NCBI GenBank assembly: GCA_937950125.1
Contig: CALFEP010000082.1
Span: forward strand, 39,446-103,445
Source: an uncultured Bacteroidota bacterium
GTDB lineage: Bacteria > Bacteroidota > Bacteroidia > Bacteroidales > 4484-276
DNA: 64,000 bases
Reading direction: 5' to 3'
In this document: piece by piece, positions 45,830-55,009 of the stretch
How positions within the stretch are numbered: the first letter of the stretch is position 1
Layout of the letters: each line of letters opens with the position of its first letter
Position numbers and translations under genes: made by a program
Notes under the pieces: generated by a model
Seen by the model: the letters and a program-made list of their open reading frames with translations, nothing else
What the model was told of the DNA's origin: nothing
The model's database searches: none

Positions 45830-47848
45830 TTAAAGATAATATCTTAAAAGTAACACACCTATCGTAACACTAAAAAAAACAACTATGTTTAAAAGAACAA
45901 ACGCGGATAATAAGCCCGGCAAAGCATGCAATTTTCTATTGTGCAGCATCAATAAAAACAAAGGTCCGGCAGGAATAAAATATCGCCCTTGTATCCCATA
46001 AATAATTTTGCTGCCCAACGGGGCCCAGGTAGCATAAATAATGGTAAGAACAGAAAGGATAACACCGGCGGCTATGCACGAAATGATGATCTTTTGCCAT
46101 ACCCTAAATCCAAAAACGGCACTTGAGTCAAACAGCGCGGTGATGATCATTGCGAGATAAGCCCAGGATACAAATACAGGCGGAAAAGGCGTGTCATGCC
46201 AGCCCAGATTGCCAACCCATCCCACCGCGTAAGCTTTCCAAAACTGACCAAAAGTACCGACCACTACTGTTATAAATCCTGGCAAATTCTGAAACATCAG
46301 GAGTAGCTGCTTTTCAGGATGAACATCCTGCGGATAACCTTTATTAAAAGCATAAAGGCCATTGGTGACATCAACCTGTCCGAAAACATGTTGTAAATAA
46401 ATGTGATTGATGACCATTGCTGCAACAACTACCGCAAGCGACCCGGAAAACAGGACAAACCACCTGCCTTTTGAGGAAAATCCTGACAATGGAATTATCA
46501 AAATCGAGGCAATCAGCACAAAATAGGCCGTCTTTGACAAAGACAGAAAAAAGGCCATTGTGAGCATCATGGCAATGTTTGCAACAGTAATTTTCCGGTT
46601 TTCAACGAACACAAGTTTAAGCACATAAGCGATGAGAAGAAAAGACAGGCCGTTCGTAAGTCCATCGGGGCTTAATGTCGATGCCTGAAATATGGACATT
46701 GGCATAAGCGGCAACATCACAAAAACCCATTTAAAGACCGGGGTAATGCTGATGGCAAGATAAACCAGGATTATCCAGAAAAGCAGGTTTCCAAGCCGAC
46801 CTGAATAGAAAAGCAACAAGGGTGGCGCATTGAACTGAACCGGCAAAGCCATAAGCAAAGCCTGAGGAGTGTAGGGCACCGGAGTGTACTGGCAACTATT
46901 TGAATGAAATGTAAATATTGTATTTTCCGGATGTAAGGGGATATCAAAATCATTCAGAATTTTCTTAACAGAAACCTTATTCTCCGGGTTAAACGGGATT
47001 TTCTGATATCCCGACGTGAATTGAAAAAAACTTTCAGGCACATTGCCGCCAATCATATTTTCGTTAGCAAACGGCAATATTTTTAGCCTTGAAATCTGAT
47101 AAATCCTGAAAAAATGAAAAAATTCATCCGGAGATTGAAATGGAGGGGTAACAAAAACCAATATCAGCCCCCAGACGACCGCGGCATAAATGAATACCTT
47201 CTGAGGTTTTATACATGTCAGAAAAGGCAACCAGTGAGGCAGGTTTAAAAATAATGCGATAACCCGGTTCCGGATTTCAGAAGAACAGTAAGAAAGTACG
47301 ATGACCACCGCAAACATCAGAAGAATCTTTATGACCAGGAAGAATGCTTTCGTCCAATCGACCTGAAAGTCAATAAATTGCCGGATGTTTTGAGTGAATC
47401 CGATGTGCGAATCACTTCGGGTCGGTCGGACAATCAATTCGTTGTCGTCGAACAACAACCCGATATCGCTGTTCAATGTGGGCACATTGCCCGAAGGGTA
47501 TTCAACGGCAAGGCAGGTTCGATGGTTGTCATGACAAAAGGTGATGCTGTCAACCCTGACTTTAGAGGATTTTGAACCCGGGTCAATCCTCAATTGTCTG
47601 AACCAGCTTCCCGGAATTTCAAATTCAATTTTGCCCGTATTGATACTATCCTTAAAAAAATTAACGGATTCCCGCTCGTTAATTCCAAATCCGGGATTGT
47701 AAAACAACCGAAACATATCCGGCTGACCTCCTGATGAATAAAGGGTTATGGAGGTATTTTGGTAACACGAGGTCCTGAATTCAAAAAAACCATAACCTGC
47801 GATGGCTGCCATGGCCAATATAACCAAGCATTTCCTGATCAGTTTCAT
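45830..47848 (-). CDS. DUF2142-like polytopic membrane protein (GT-C-type candidate) with N-terminal 'FNE...LRIDP' module
   Basis: Start taken at the ATG at 47848 (MKLIRKCLVILAMAA), which forms an ATGA overlap with the upstream stop. 'PPFQSPDEFFHFFRIYQISR' resembles the PDExxH motif of DUF2142 membrane proteins, from memory. More than 12 TM helices. Confidence 0.75.
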   Translation of the reverse strand: MKLIRKCLVILAMAAIAGYGFFEFRTSCYQNTSITLYSSGGQPDMFRLFYNPGFGINERESVNFFKDSINTGKIEFEIPGSWFRQLRIDPGSKSSKVRVDSITFCHDNHRTCLAVEYPSGNVPTLNSDIGLLFDDNELIVRPTRSDSHIGFTQNIRQFIDFQVDWTKAFFLVIKILLMFAVVIVLSYCSSEIRNRVIALFLNLPHWLPFLTCIKPQKVFIYAAVVWGLILVFVTPPFQSPDEFFHFFRIYQISRLKILPFANENMIGGNVPESFFQFTSGYQKIPFNPENKVSVKKILNDFDIPLHPENTIFTFHSNSCQYTPVPYTPQALLMALPVQFNAPPLLLFYSGRLGNLLFWIILVYLAISITPVFKWVFVMLPLMPMSIFQASTLSPDGLTNGLSFLLIAYVLKLVFVENRKITVANIAMMLTMAFFLSLSKTAYFVLIASILIIPLSGFSSKGRWFVLFSGSLAVVVAAMVINHIYLQHVFGQVDVTNGLYAFNKGYPQDVHPEKQLLLMFQNLPGFITVVVGTFGQFWKAYAVGWVGNLGWHDTPFPPVFVSWAYLAMIITALFDSSAVFGFRVWQKIIISCIAAGVILSVLTIIYATWAPLGSKIIYGIQGRYFIPAGPLFLLMLHNRKLHALPGLLSAFVLLNIVVFFSVTIGVLLLRYYL

Positions 47849-49251
47849 CCTGCAAATTTTATTTTCCGTGCAACAAAAAAGCACATTTTCACCAGCAACC
47901 AACCATGCATGAAACGGCTGATCTGGGTGGTTCCATACCTTCGTTCACGGTAACGGATATTCACCTCTGCAATCTTCATGTTTAATTTTGAAGCGCCAAA
48001 AAGAAGATCAAAATCACCAAAAGGATCGAAATCACCAAAATACTGCCTGTTTTTTTTAATTTCTTCATAATCGCTTTTATACAAAACCTTTGTACCGCAG
48101 AGTGTGTCCTTCAACCGTTGCCCCAGCAGCCAACTGAACATCACTCCAAACATTTTATTGGCCATGTAATTCAACAGGCGCATCGACTGTTTTTCCATTG
48201 GGTAAACCAGGCGGCAACCATTGATAAAATCGCCGTGATTGGCAATCAATGCCTGGTAAAACCTGGGTAAATCCTCCGGAGGAACGGTCAGGTCGGCATC
48301 CAGGATCATCAGGACATCACCGGTTGCTGCTTCAAACCCTTCACGGACCGCATTTCCCTTGCCCCTACCCGATTGCATGAATACTTTGATGTCTTTTTCG
48401 GAATATTTGTTTTTCACCCGGACCATTTCATCAAAAGTTCCATCAGTGGATTCGCCGCAAACAAAGACAAATTCCTGGCGCTGACCAAATTGTGGGGTTC
48501 GGCGTATGGCATTTTCAATATTCCCGAATTCATTTTTAGCTGGAATTACCACAGAAACACTTTTTTCTGCAATGTCTGTTTTTACAGGCCTGGCAACAAT
48601 CAAATTCACAAGGTTAAGCGAAGAAATCAACGGCAGATTTGCAAAGAAATGATTCAGCAAATAACTGATTCCCGGAATATTAAATGGAAATAACAACTTC
48701 CGGCTGACGGTTACAATTTCATAATTTTCGAGTTTTAACATTGCGGCAATATCAGCAGTCGAAAGCCAGTTTTGAGTGGGTTGTCGCAGTTTCAGCCGTA
48801 GTTTTTCAGCCAAAAGGTTGTAGGGTTCCCACATAAAATTGTAGTTGGAAATGACCAATCGTGTGTTTGGATGACAGAATTTTCGGGCATTTTTCAGTAC
48901 CTGCTGCACATCCCACAAACTTCCCAACAGGTCGGACATAATGATGTAATCGAAGCTTTCGGTGGCTTCAACATGTATTGCATCGCCAACAACAAAATGA
49001 ATGTGCGGGTGTTTTTCTTTGGCAATGTTGATGATGGTTTCGGAAAAATCCACACCTACACCATATCCCGGCCTTACCGCATTGAGCAGATCTCCTGCTC
49101 CGCAACCCATTTCCAGCACCCGTTTTCCCGGGGGGATGATGAAACACAAATATTTTTTAAGCGAATGGTGGTAATATCGGTTTCTACGATTCCATTTTTC
49201 GCGGTAACGGGCAGTTCGTTCAAAAAAATCTTTCCAGTCGGTTGGTTTCAT
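47845..49251 (-). CDS. Methyltransferase + GT2 fusion (polyprenyl-phosphate glycosyltransferase, DPM1/GtrB-like C-terminal half)
   Basis: N-terminus 'VLEMGCGAGDLLNAV...IIMSDLLGSLWD'. C-terminus 'VSVVIPAKNEFGNIENAI...VFVCGESTDGT...ILDADLTVPPEDL'. ATG at 49251 (MKPTDWKDFF); the track start at 49257 is a TTG. Confidence 0.8.
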   Translation of the reverse strand: MKPTDWKDFFERTARYREKWNRRNRYYHHSLKKYLCFIIPPGKRVLEMGCGAGDLLNAVRPGYGVGVDFSETIINIAKEKHPHIHFVVGDAIHVEATESFDYIIMSDLLGSLWDVQQVLKNARKFCHPNTRLVISNYNFMWEPYNLLAEKLRLKLRQPTQNWLSTADIAAMLKLENYEIVTVSRKLLFPFNIPGISYLLNHFFANLPLISSLNLVNLIVARPVKTDIAEKSVSVVIPAKNEFGNIENAIRRTPQFGQRQEFVFVCGESTDGTFDEMVRVKNKYSEKDIKVFMQSGRGKGNAVREGFEAATGDVLMILDADLTVPPEDLPRFYQALIANHGDFINGCRLVYPMEKQSMRLLNYMANKMFGVMFSWLLGQRLKDTLCGTKVLYKSDYEEIKKNRQYFGDFDPFGDFDLLFGASKLNMKIAEVNIRYRERRYGTTQISRFMHGWLLVKMCFFVARKIKFAG

Positions 49252-49289
49252 GCACAAGATTTTATGCTTGACATTAAAATATTATAGAT

Positions 49290-50670
49290 CAATCAGAAAA
49301 AATAAAAATCAGACTTTGGGAATATTGGGTAATGCAACAAATGCAAATGAGTAGAACGAGGTAAGCGAAATAATAACGATCATCAGTTTGACGAATATGG
49401 ATTTAACAGATTCGTGATTTTTGGTGAACCAAAAACCGAAAACCCCCAATATTGACAATAAATACCTCCCTTGTGGCTGAAAATCGCTGACCCAGGAGAA
49501 ATATGATGACCTGTAAATGATGAAAAATAAAAGGCTAAAAAAATCAAAGGAAGTAGCTTGATTGTGGGAAAACTATGAAGCAGTCTGAATACAACGATGA
49601 ATCCAATTAAGATTGAAATTAATAAAACATGATCTTGTAATTCAATGGATGGCTTTTGATTGACTTATAGCCAAAAACACCAAAAAATGACATAGCGGTT
49701 TTTGTGTGCCAACTCCATTTCTCCGAATACAATTCGGAATACTTAACCCCCTTCTCCTTCAGGAAAAGCCCAAAACAAGATGTTTCAAGAGTTTTTTCAG
49801 CATGTTTGAAACGGGCGTGCGCATATTTTTCCTTGAATTCGGAAATCAATAAACGCCTGTTAAATCCATGCAATTTCACATCATACAAATACCTCGGCAT
49901 CAAAAATAAAAGCGTCAACCCAATTAATGCCAGGCATTTTAGGGAAATCCTTGTCGATTCCCTTTATTATCCACTAAATACAAAAACACGATTATTGCAA
50001 AGAAGACAAGTATCAGGCAAAAATTTTTCTTTGAAAAAATCCGAAGTGCCAACAGGATTGCCATGATTACAGCGCCTTATAATATGGCCGTGGGTTTTGG
50101 GTGAAACAAGAAATTTGTTAAACGAAATGTTATCATTAACAAGCTGGTAAACAACAAGTATCGATAAAAATAAAGCGAACGCATCGGTGTTAACATACGA
50201 AAACAACTACCAGATTTGCGGAGAATTTTGCTAAACCAGTAGCAGGGGCTTTACTTTTCGGCTTCCTTTTAAAAACAGAACCATCAAACTTAAAAACAGC
50301 ACTTTGTTGAATAATCTTATGGATAGCAGCGAATCGTTGACAATGTACCCAACCAGAACCGAGAATTTTCAATTAAAAAATAACAGGGATCAAAATCCGT
50401 CAACCGTGAATGCCCGTAAGCTGAAAAACCTCCCCTGATGTCCGGATCACTTACCACCGGTGTAAGCCAATGATTTTGATACTATGTAACCGCTTCCGCC
50501 TGGACATGTTCATCGGGATGTGCATTGAACCTGCTTGTGACAGCCATCGTAATTATGAACAAAAAGATGATTAAAAAAATGGTGCTTAGTAGCACATTCA
50601 ATCCGGGATGAAGATACCGGCAAACCCGGTTTTTAATGGCAATTAATATCCTGCAGTTTTTGTATTTCAT
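49290..50670 (-). pseudogene. Frameshifted remnant of a second DUF2142-like/GT-C membrane protein gene
   Basis: The N-terminal piece (50482..50670) reads 'LLSTIFLIIFLFIITMAVTSRFNAHPDEHVQAEAV', a TM helix followed by a PDExH motif. Further hydrophobic segments continue in at least four different frames. For example, after the stop at 49619 the frame shifts to 'ISILIGFIVVFRLLHSFPTIKLLPLIFLAFYFSSF...' and then to 'LMIVIISLTSFYSFAFVALPNIPKV'. Confidence 0.5.
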
Positions 50671-52376
50671 AGTTGCCCAATTTCAGATGTTGGAAGCCTG
50701 CCTTCTTTCTTTCCATATTTTATGTAATGAACCAGTGGATTCATCCCAACTTCTTTTACATCAGGATTTTTGGCCAGATAAAATACGGAATCGAATTTTG
50801 TTGACGGATTTCTACTTTCAAAGCCTCCGTAAAGCAGAAAATGCTTTTCCGCATCCATTCCCGATTCTTTAACATCAGGATTGTTTTGCAGGTAAAAATC
50901 CACCTCAAAAAGGCTGCTTTCACCTATCAGGCGGATGTTTCTTTGCAGTGTGATTTTCTTGTTAACCCATCGGTAAAATTTAGCGGGGTGAAGCAGTGAC
51001 AAGCTTTTGGCAAAACGATAAACAGAACTGCGCTTTATAGAAACAATCTCATTTTTGAGCGCTTCAATTTTACTATTTAGTTGGCTTATTTCAATTTGAT
51101 GATGCAATGTTTTCCCAACGAAATCTTCATTGAGCCTTGTCTCCTCAAAATTCATTTGAGCAGACTCATTTTTGAGGTTCCTGGTTTTTTCCTGCCTCTG
51201 TTTAATGATTATTTCGAGTGCATCAAAAACCTTTATTCCAGTCGCCAAATATTCTGCATCTATTCCAACATGGTCAAATTCAACAGTTCCTTCGGTTTCG
51301 ATCAAAATCTGTGGGTCGGAATTTGAAAAATAATAAACCGAATTTTCGACTACACATGCATTTGAAGTGAGACGAAAATTGATAATAACCTCATTTTCGT
51401 TATCGAAAAACCTGATGGACTTTAGCTTTACAACAGCAAAATCGTTGAGCGGATCAAATCTCAGCCTCGAATAACATTGCCCAGTTGGCAATTTAAAAGG
51501 TAATGGATTATTAGAAATTTCGATACACGCCGAATTATCTTCGTTGAAGTCCCTACTTCCGGTTTGATAAAAAAGCTGTGCGAAATATTTTTTTTGGATA
51601 ACGAGGCTTTCGAGAACCTGGGTTGGTAGCAATGAAAGGGTTACCGGATATTTTTGTTTCAGGTAGTAAATGAGGTGTTTAAGCTGGTCGGATTTGAAAT
51701 TCAGCGATTTATTCAAATGGTGAACGCGGTAAAACGACAGTGGTTCCCCCGGAATAAAAGCAACCGTTCCGCCCATTTTGCCCACTCTCAGCCAGAGTTC
51801 ATAATCTTCCCATCCATAAGGTGGCATCATGTTATCATACATTCCAGCTTTTATGAGTTCGAATCTGCGGAACATGGCCATTGCATCAATGTACGGAGCT
51901 TCGAGTAGTTTCAGGTAATCGAAAGGTTGATTTGATCGCAGGCCGCAATTTTCGCCAGTTTCATGTAAAAAATTCTGAATTGAGGCATAACAAGCCATGG
52001 CTTCATGATTTTGCCTCAAGGTGGCAACATGAATCTTCAGGCAATCCTTCCGGATGTAATTATCAGAATCGAGGAAAAATAAAAATTCACCGCGGGCATT
52101 AGCAATTCCACGGTTCCGGCTTGATATCAGCCCAAGGTTGGTTTCATTTTTTATCAGCCTGACAGGGAAAGGGCTTCCTTTCATTATTTCCTCAATTACG
52201 TTAACACTTTCATCAGTGCTGGCATCATCCACAATGATTACTTCCATTTTATCGGATTCAAAATCCGAATTAATCACGCTCTGCAGGCACTGCCCGAGGT
52301 AATGGGCATAATTGTAATTGGGGATGATTACGGAAACAAGCACGCTGTCAGAAGAATTATTGGAGGTGGCAATCAT
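50667..52376 (-). CDS. GT2 glycosyltransferase + 'FNE...LRFDP' module + coiled coil + 2x 'NPDV/NPL.HY' repeats
   Basis: 'VSVIIPNYNYAHYLGQCLQSVINSDFESDKMEVIIVDDASTDES...FLDSDN'. Module at aa 265-385 ('QLFYQTGSRDFNEDNS...YSRLRFDP'). Heptad-rich aa 385-445. C-terminus 'FEVDFYLQNNPDVKESGMDAEKHFLLYGGFESRNP' and 'FDSVFYLAKNPDVKEVGMNPLVHYIKYGKKEGRLP'. Confidence 0.88.
   Translation of the reverse strand: MIATSNNSSDSVLVSVIIPNYNYAHYLGQCLQSVINSDFESDKMEVIIVDDASTDESVNVIEEIMKGSPFPVRLIKNETNLGLISSRNRGIANARGEFLFFLDSDNYIRKDCLKIHVATLRQNHEAMACYASIQNFLHETGENCGLRSNQPFDYLKLLEAPYIDAMAMFRRFELIKAGMYDNMMPPYGWEDYELWLRVGKMGGTVAFIPGEPLSFYRVHHLNKSLNFKSDQLKHLIYYLKQKYPVTLSLLPTQVLESLVIQKKYFAQLFYQTGSRDFNEDNSACIEISNNPLPFKLPTGQCYSRLRFDPLNDFAVVKLKSIRFFDNENEVIINFRLTSNACVVENSVYYFSNSDPQILIETEGTVEFDHVGIDAEYLATGIKVFDALEIIIKQRQEKTRNLKNESAQMNFEETRLNEDFVGKTLHHQIEISQLNSKIEALKNEIVSIKRSSVYRFAKSLSLLHPAKFYRWVNKKITLQRNIRLIGESSLFEVDFYLQNNPDVKESGMDAEKHFLLYGGFESRNPSTKFDSVFYLAKNPDVKEVGMNPLVHYIKYGKKEGRLPTSEIGQL
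50670..50918 (-). repeat. Two C-terminal 'NPDV/NPL.HY...EGR.P' protein repeats
   Basis: See the sequences quoted for 50667..52376. Same repeat family as 26032..26625 and 63772..64000. Confidence 0.8.
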
Positions 52377-53025
52377 AATGAAATGCTTTAAAGTCCTGGT
52401 TGTATATTTCTACAATTCTTTGTCTTGTTTTTTTCGAAATGCGGGGTATGATCTCTGTTTTGCTCAATCCTGTTGAGTTTGCTAAAGGCAAGTTTCGGTT
52501 TTGGTACCTGAAAAGGCCGTTGGTTTTATCGGCAATCAATCGGAGCAATATGTTGAAATCGGCTTTAAAATGCTCGAATCTGCCAACGAAATTAATGGTG
52601 TGATCAACAAATTTTATCTGTGGCTCTTTGTGTGAATTGTTTAAGTCGGACAACACTTCCTCACACCAAAAATCGAAATATTGCGGGTCAAAATCAGCGG
52701 GTGATAAGTATTGCTTGTTGTTTCGCCAAAAAAACTCAGAAAGCAATTTCGTGTAAGGATTTCTCACGAAAGTAAACTTGAAATAATCATCGTAATCACT
52801 GATCAGTTCTTTTAAAACCTCAACAGGATAATGCTGAGGCTCATAAACAAGCTTTGGTGAACTGGACATAATCCGGTGCTTTTCCACAAAACTTTCACAG
52901 TCTCTGTCCCATCTATCAAACCAAAAGTTCCTGGCATGGCAAAGATCAAAGAACTGCTCAATGGAGGTTCCGCCCGTTTTGGGAATATGGACAAAAAGTA
53001 TTTTCTGCTTGGGGTCGAAAGGCAA
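52357..53025 (-). CDS. Sulfotransferase-family protein (PAPS-dependent fold)
   Basis: 5'-PSB-like loop 'FVHIPKTGGTSIEQFF' and 3'-PB-like 'FVRNPYTKLLSEF'. TTG is the only start candidate at this position. The 3' end overlaps the next gene by 20 nt. Confidence 0.7.
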   Translation of the reverse strand: MPFDPKQKILFVHIPKTGGTSIEQFFDLCHARNFWFDRWDRDCESFVEKHRIMSSSPKLVYEPQHYPVEVLKELISDYDDYFKFTFVRNPYTKLLSEFFWRNNKQYLSPADFDPQYFDFWCEEVLSDLNNSHKEPQIKFVDHTINFVGRFEHFKADFNILLRLIADKTNGLFRYQNRNLPLANSTGLSKTEIIPRISKKTRQRIVEIYNQDFKAFHYDCHLQ

Positions 53026-53030
53026 AACTG

Positions 53031-53783
53031 CTATTTTATATGGTTGCGAAACAGCCTTTTCAGGTAATTTCTTTTACTAAAAAATCCGTCATTATCGTTC
53101 GTACCGAATTCATTTTTTAACCGCTCGTTTCTTATTTGCAATGCTTTCTGGTACAATGCCATATCAGTGGCGTGAAAGGATTCTATTTCCCTTTTCAACG
53201 ACTTATCCACGCAATAATGACCATCGCCGGTTCTGTGTACGTTTTCATGGTAAAGCATAAGTTCCTTACCGAAAAATTTATGGCTAAGATATTTTAAATC
53301 AGAGGAGTAATATTCGGTGATTCCGATAAAATCAAAATTTTCGAACGGAAAACCCCAGAAAAACTGCGAATAAACATTCCTGAAAATCTCACAGAGACAA
53401 TATTTTTCGAGTGACCATTTTTCATTAACAATGCGCTGCTGCAATGGTGGCGAAAGTTCGTTTATGTTTCGCAAGGTGTGGTAATAATCCGAAATAATCC
53501 GCTCAACAGGATTGCGCATCCAGGTGATAAAGGTAAGCGGTTTCAGTTCGTTGAGCAACAAAAACTGAACAGGCAAAAAATGGCCATGAATACAATCCAC
53601 GTATTCGTAATTTACCTCTGAGTTTTTAATGGCTGCAAGCAGGGCATTTTTGTTCCGCTCAAAAACAGTTCTGTTAAAAAGCCGGTCGCCGTATTTGAGT
53701 TTTAGCCGATCTCCAAAGCAATCCTTCAAGGCTAACCCGAAACTGGTACCCGCTGTTTTTGGCACGTGTACTGAAATAATCAT
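53031..53783 (-). CDS. Sulfotransferase-family protein
   Basis: 'MIISVHVPKTAGTSF' and 'WMRNPVERIISDYYH' follow the same two-motif pattern as 52357..53025. Confidence 0.7.
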   Translation of the reverse strand: MIISVHVPKTAGTSFGLALKDCFGDRLKLKYGDRLFNRTVFERNKNALLAAIKNSEVNYEYVDCIHGHFLPVQFLLLNELKPLTFITWMRNPVERIISDYYHTLRNINELSPPLQQRIVNEKWSLEKYCLCEIFRNVYSQFFWGFPFENFDFIGITEYYSSDLKYLSHKFFGKELMLYHENVHRTGDGHYCVDKSLKREIESFHATDMALYQKALQIRNERLKNEFGTNDNDGFFSKRNYLKRLFRNHIK

Positions 53784-53850
53784 CTTTTCATCTTTTCAAT
53801 TTCTTATTTTTTAAAGGCTATGATGAAGAACTACCTTTTTACTCATAGCA

Positions 53851-54630
53851 TCATGTTAAATCCCATCGAAACTTTTCACCAATAAGTTTTCTGAGTTCTC
53901 TGGCATCCTGATCAAATAATAAGGATACTTTAATTCTTGTTTCCAAGGTTAAGCCTGGATAAAAATTAGCATTTTTTGGTGTAAGTAATCCGGGAAAAAC
54001 CTCTTTTATCCCTAAAAACCGATAAACAGCATGAAGTTCATTTTCAGGATTTTTAAAAAAATCCTCGCTTTTTATAAACATCATCTGCGAAAGCGGGAAG
54101 TGTTTTAACCACCGGTTAATTTGTCTGGCGTAAAGCCCACGGCTTATGTATGAAAAGCTTTGATGTGCATCGCTCTGTTTAATCCTGCCCGATATCAGGT
54201 ATTCCTCATTTTCGGTTATCCGTTCATTTTCTTTCTCGATGGCCTTTTCAAAGTTTTCGATTATTTCGGTTTTATGCATGCGCTCATGGTGAAAATGCGA
54301 ATAAGCCCTGTCAACCGGATTTCGCAATAAAACAATGAGCTTGATTTTGGGCAGATGGTGGGCAACCCTCTGCGGCACAAGCGGGTGAAATAAATAGTAA
54401 GGACTTGCTTCACCAGCTATGGTACCCCCGAAAAGACCCTTTGACCGGAAAAACTCTTTGTACCATTTCAGACCATTTTCATAATTCAAATCAAAAAAAT
54501 GCACTTCCTTTATAGCTGGCATAAAAACCTTTGGATGTTGACTAAGATAATGGTAAAGCGTGGTTGTGCCTGCCTTTTGGGCGCCAATAATGAGGAAATC
54601 AGGAAGTTGCGAAAATCGAAAAAATGTCAT
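53851..54630 (-). CDS. Sulfotransferase-domain protein (Sulfotransfer_1-like)
   Basis: 'FLIIGAQKAGTTTLYHYLSQHP' (5'-PSB) and 'VLLRNPVDRAYSHFHH' (3'-PB). Typical size of about 260 aa. The ATG at 54630 is the second codon of the track ORF. Confidence 0.85.
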   Translation of the reverse strand: MTFFRFSQLPDFLIIGAQKAGTTTLYHYLSQHPKVFMPAIKEVHFFDLNYENGLKWYKEFFRSKGLFGGTIAGEASPYYLFHPLVPQRVAHHLPKIKLIVLLRNPVDRAYSHFHHERMHKTEIIENFEKAIEKENERITENEEYLISGRIKQSDAHQSFSYISRGLYARQINRWLKHFPLSQMMFIKSEDFFKNPENELHAVYRFLGIKEVFPGLLTPKNANFYPGLTLETRIKVSLLFDQDARELRKLIGEKFRWDLT

Positions 54631-54688
54631 CAATTAAGTTACTGCGAGCTAAATTTGGAGGAAGGTTGCCGATGGAATATTTTGTCCG

Positions 54689-54991
54689 TCAATTTTGTTT
54701 GGAATTTTTACATGAGCACAGTCTAAAGCCTAATTTTTCGCCACTAAATCCTGCAAATCGGGTAAGCCGGTCAAGGTTTTGTTCAATCTGGTCGGAACAG
54801 ATTATCGGCAGCTTTTTTTCTGGATTACCTTCAATCACGGTTTTGTTGTGATAATACCAATATTTCAGGTAACCATCCAGGGTGTAAAGGTTGTTGTCCT
54901 TCATTATCTTTTCTTCGGGCGAGTGTGTGTATAAATCAGGACGATACCTGTAATCCCTGAGTTTTGTCCTGTATTTCGGAAGAAAATCTTT
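54689..54991 (-). pseudogene. Possible truncated C-terminal remnant of a further sulfotransferase-like gene
   Basis: The open frame 'KDFLPKYRTKLRDYRYRPDLYTHSPEEKIMKDNNLYTLDGYLKYWYYHNKTVIEGNPEKKLPIICSDQIEQNLDRLTRFAGF' lacks any PAPS-loop N-terminus and has no convincing start. It loosely resembles sulfotransferase C-terminal halves. Confidence 0.25.
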
Positions 54992-55009
54992 TCATTTATG
55001 TTTTAGAGC

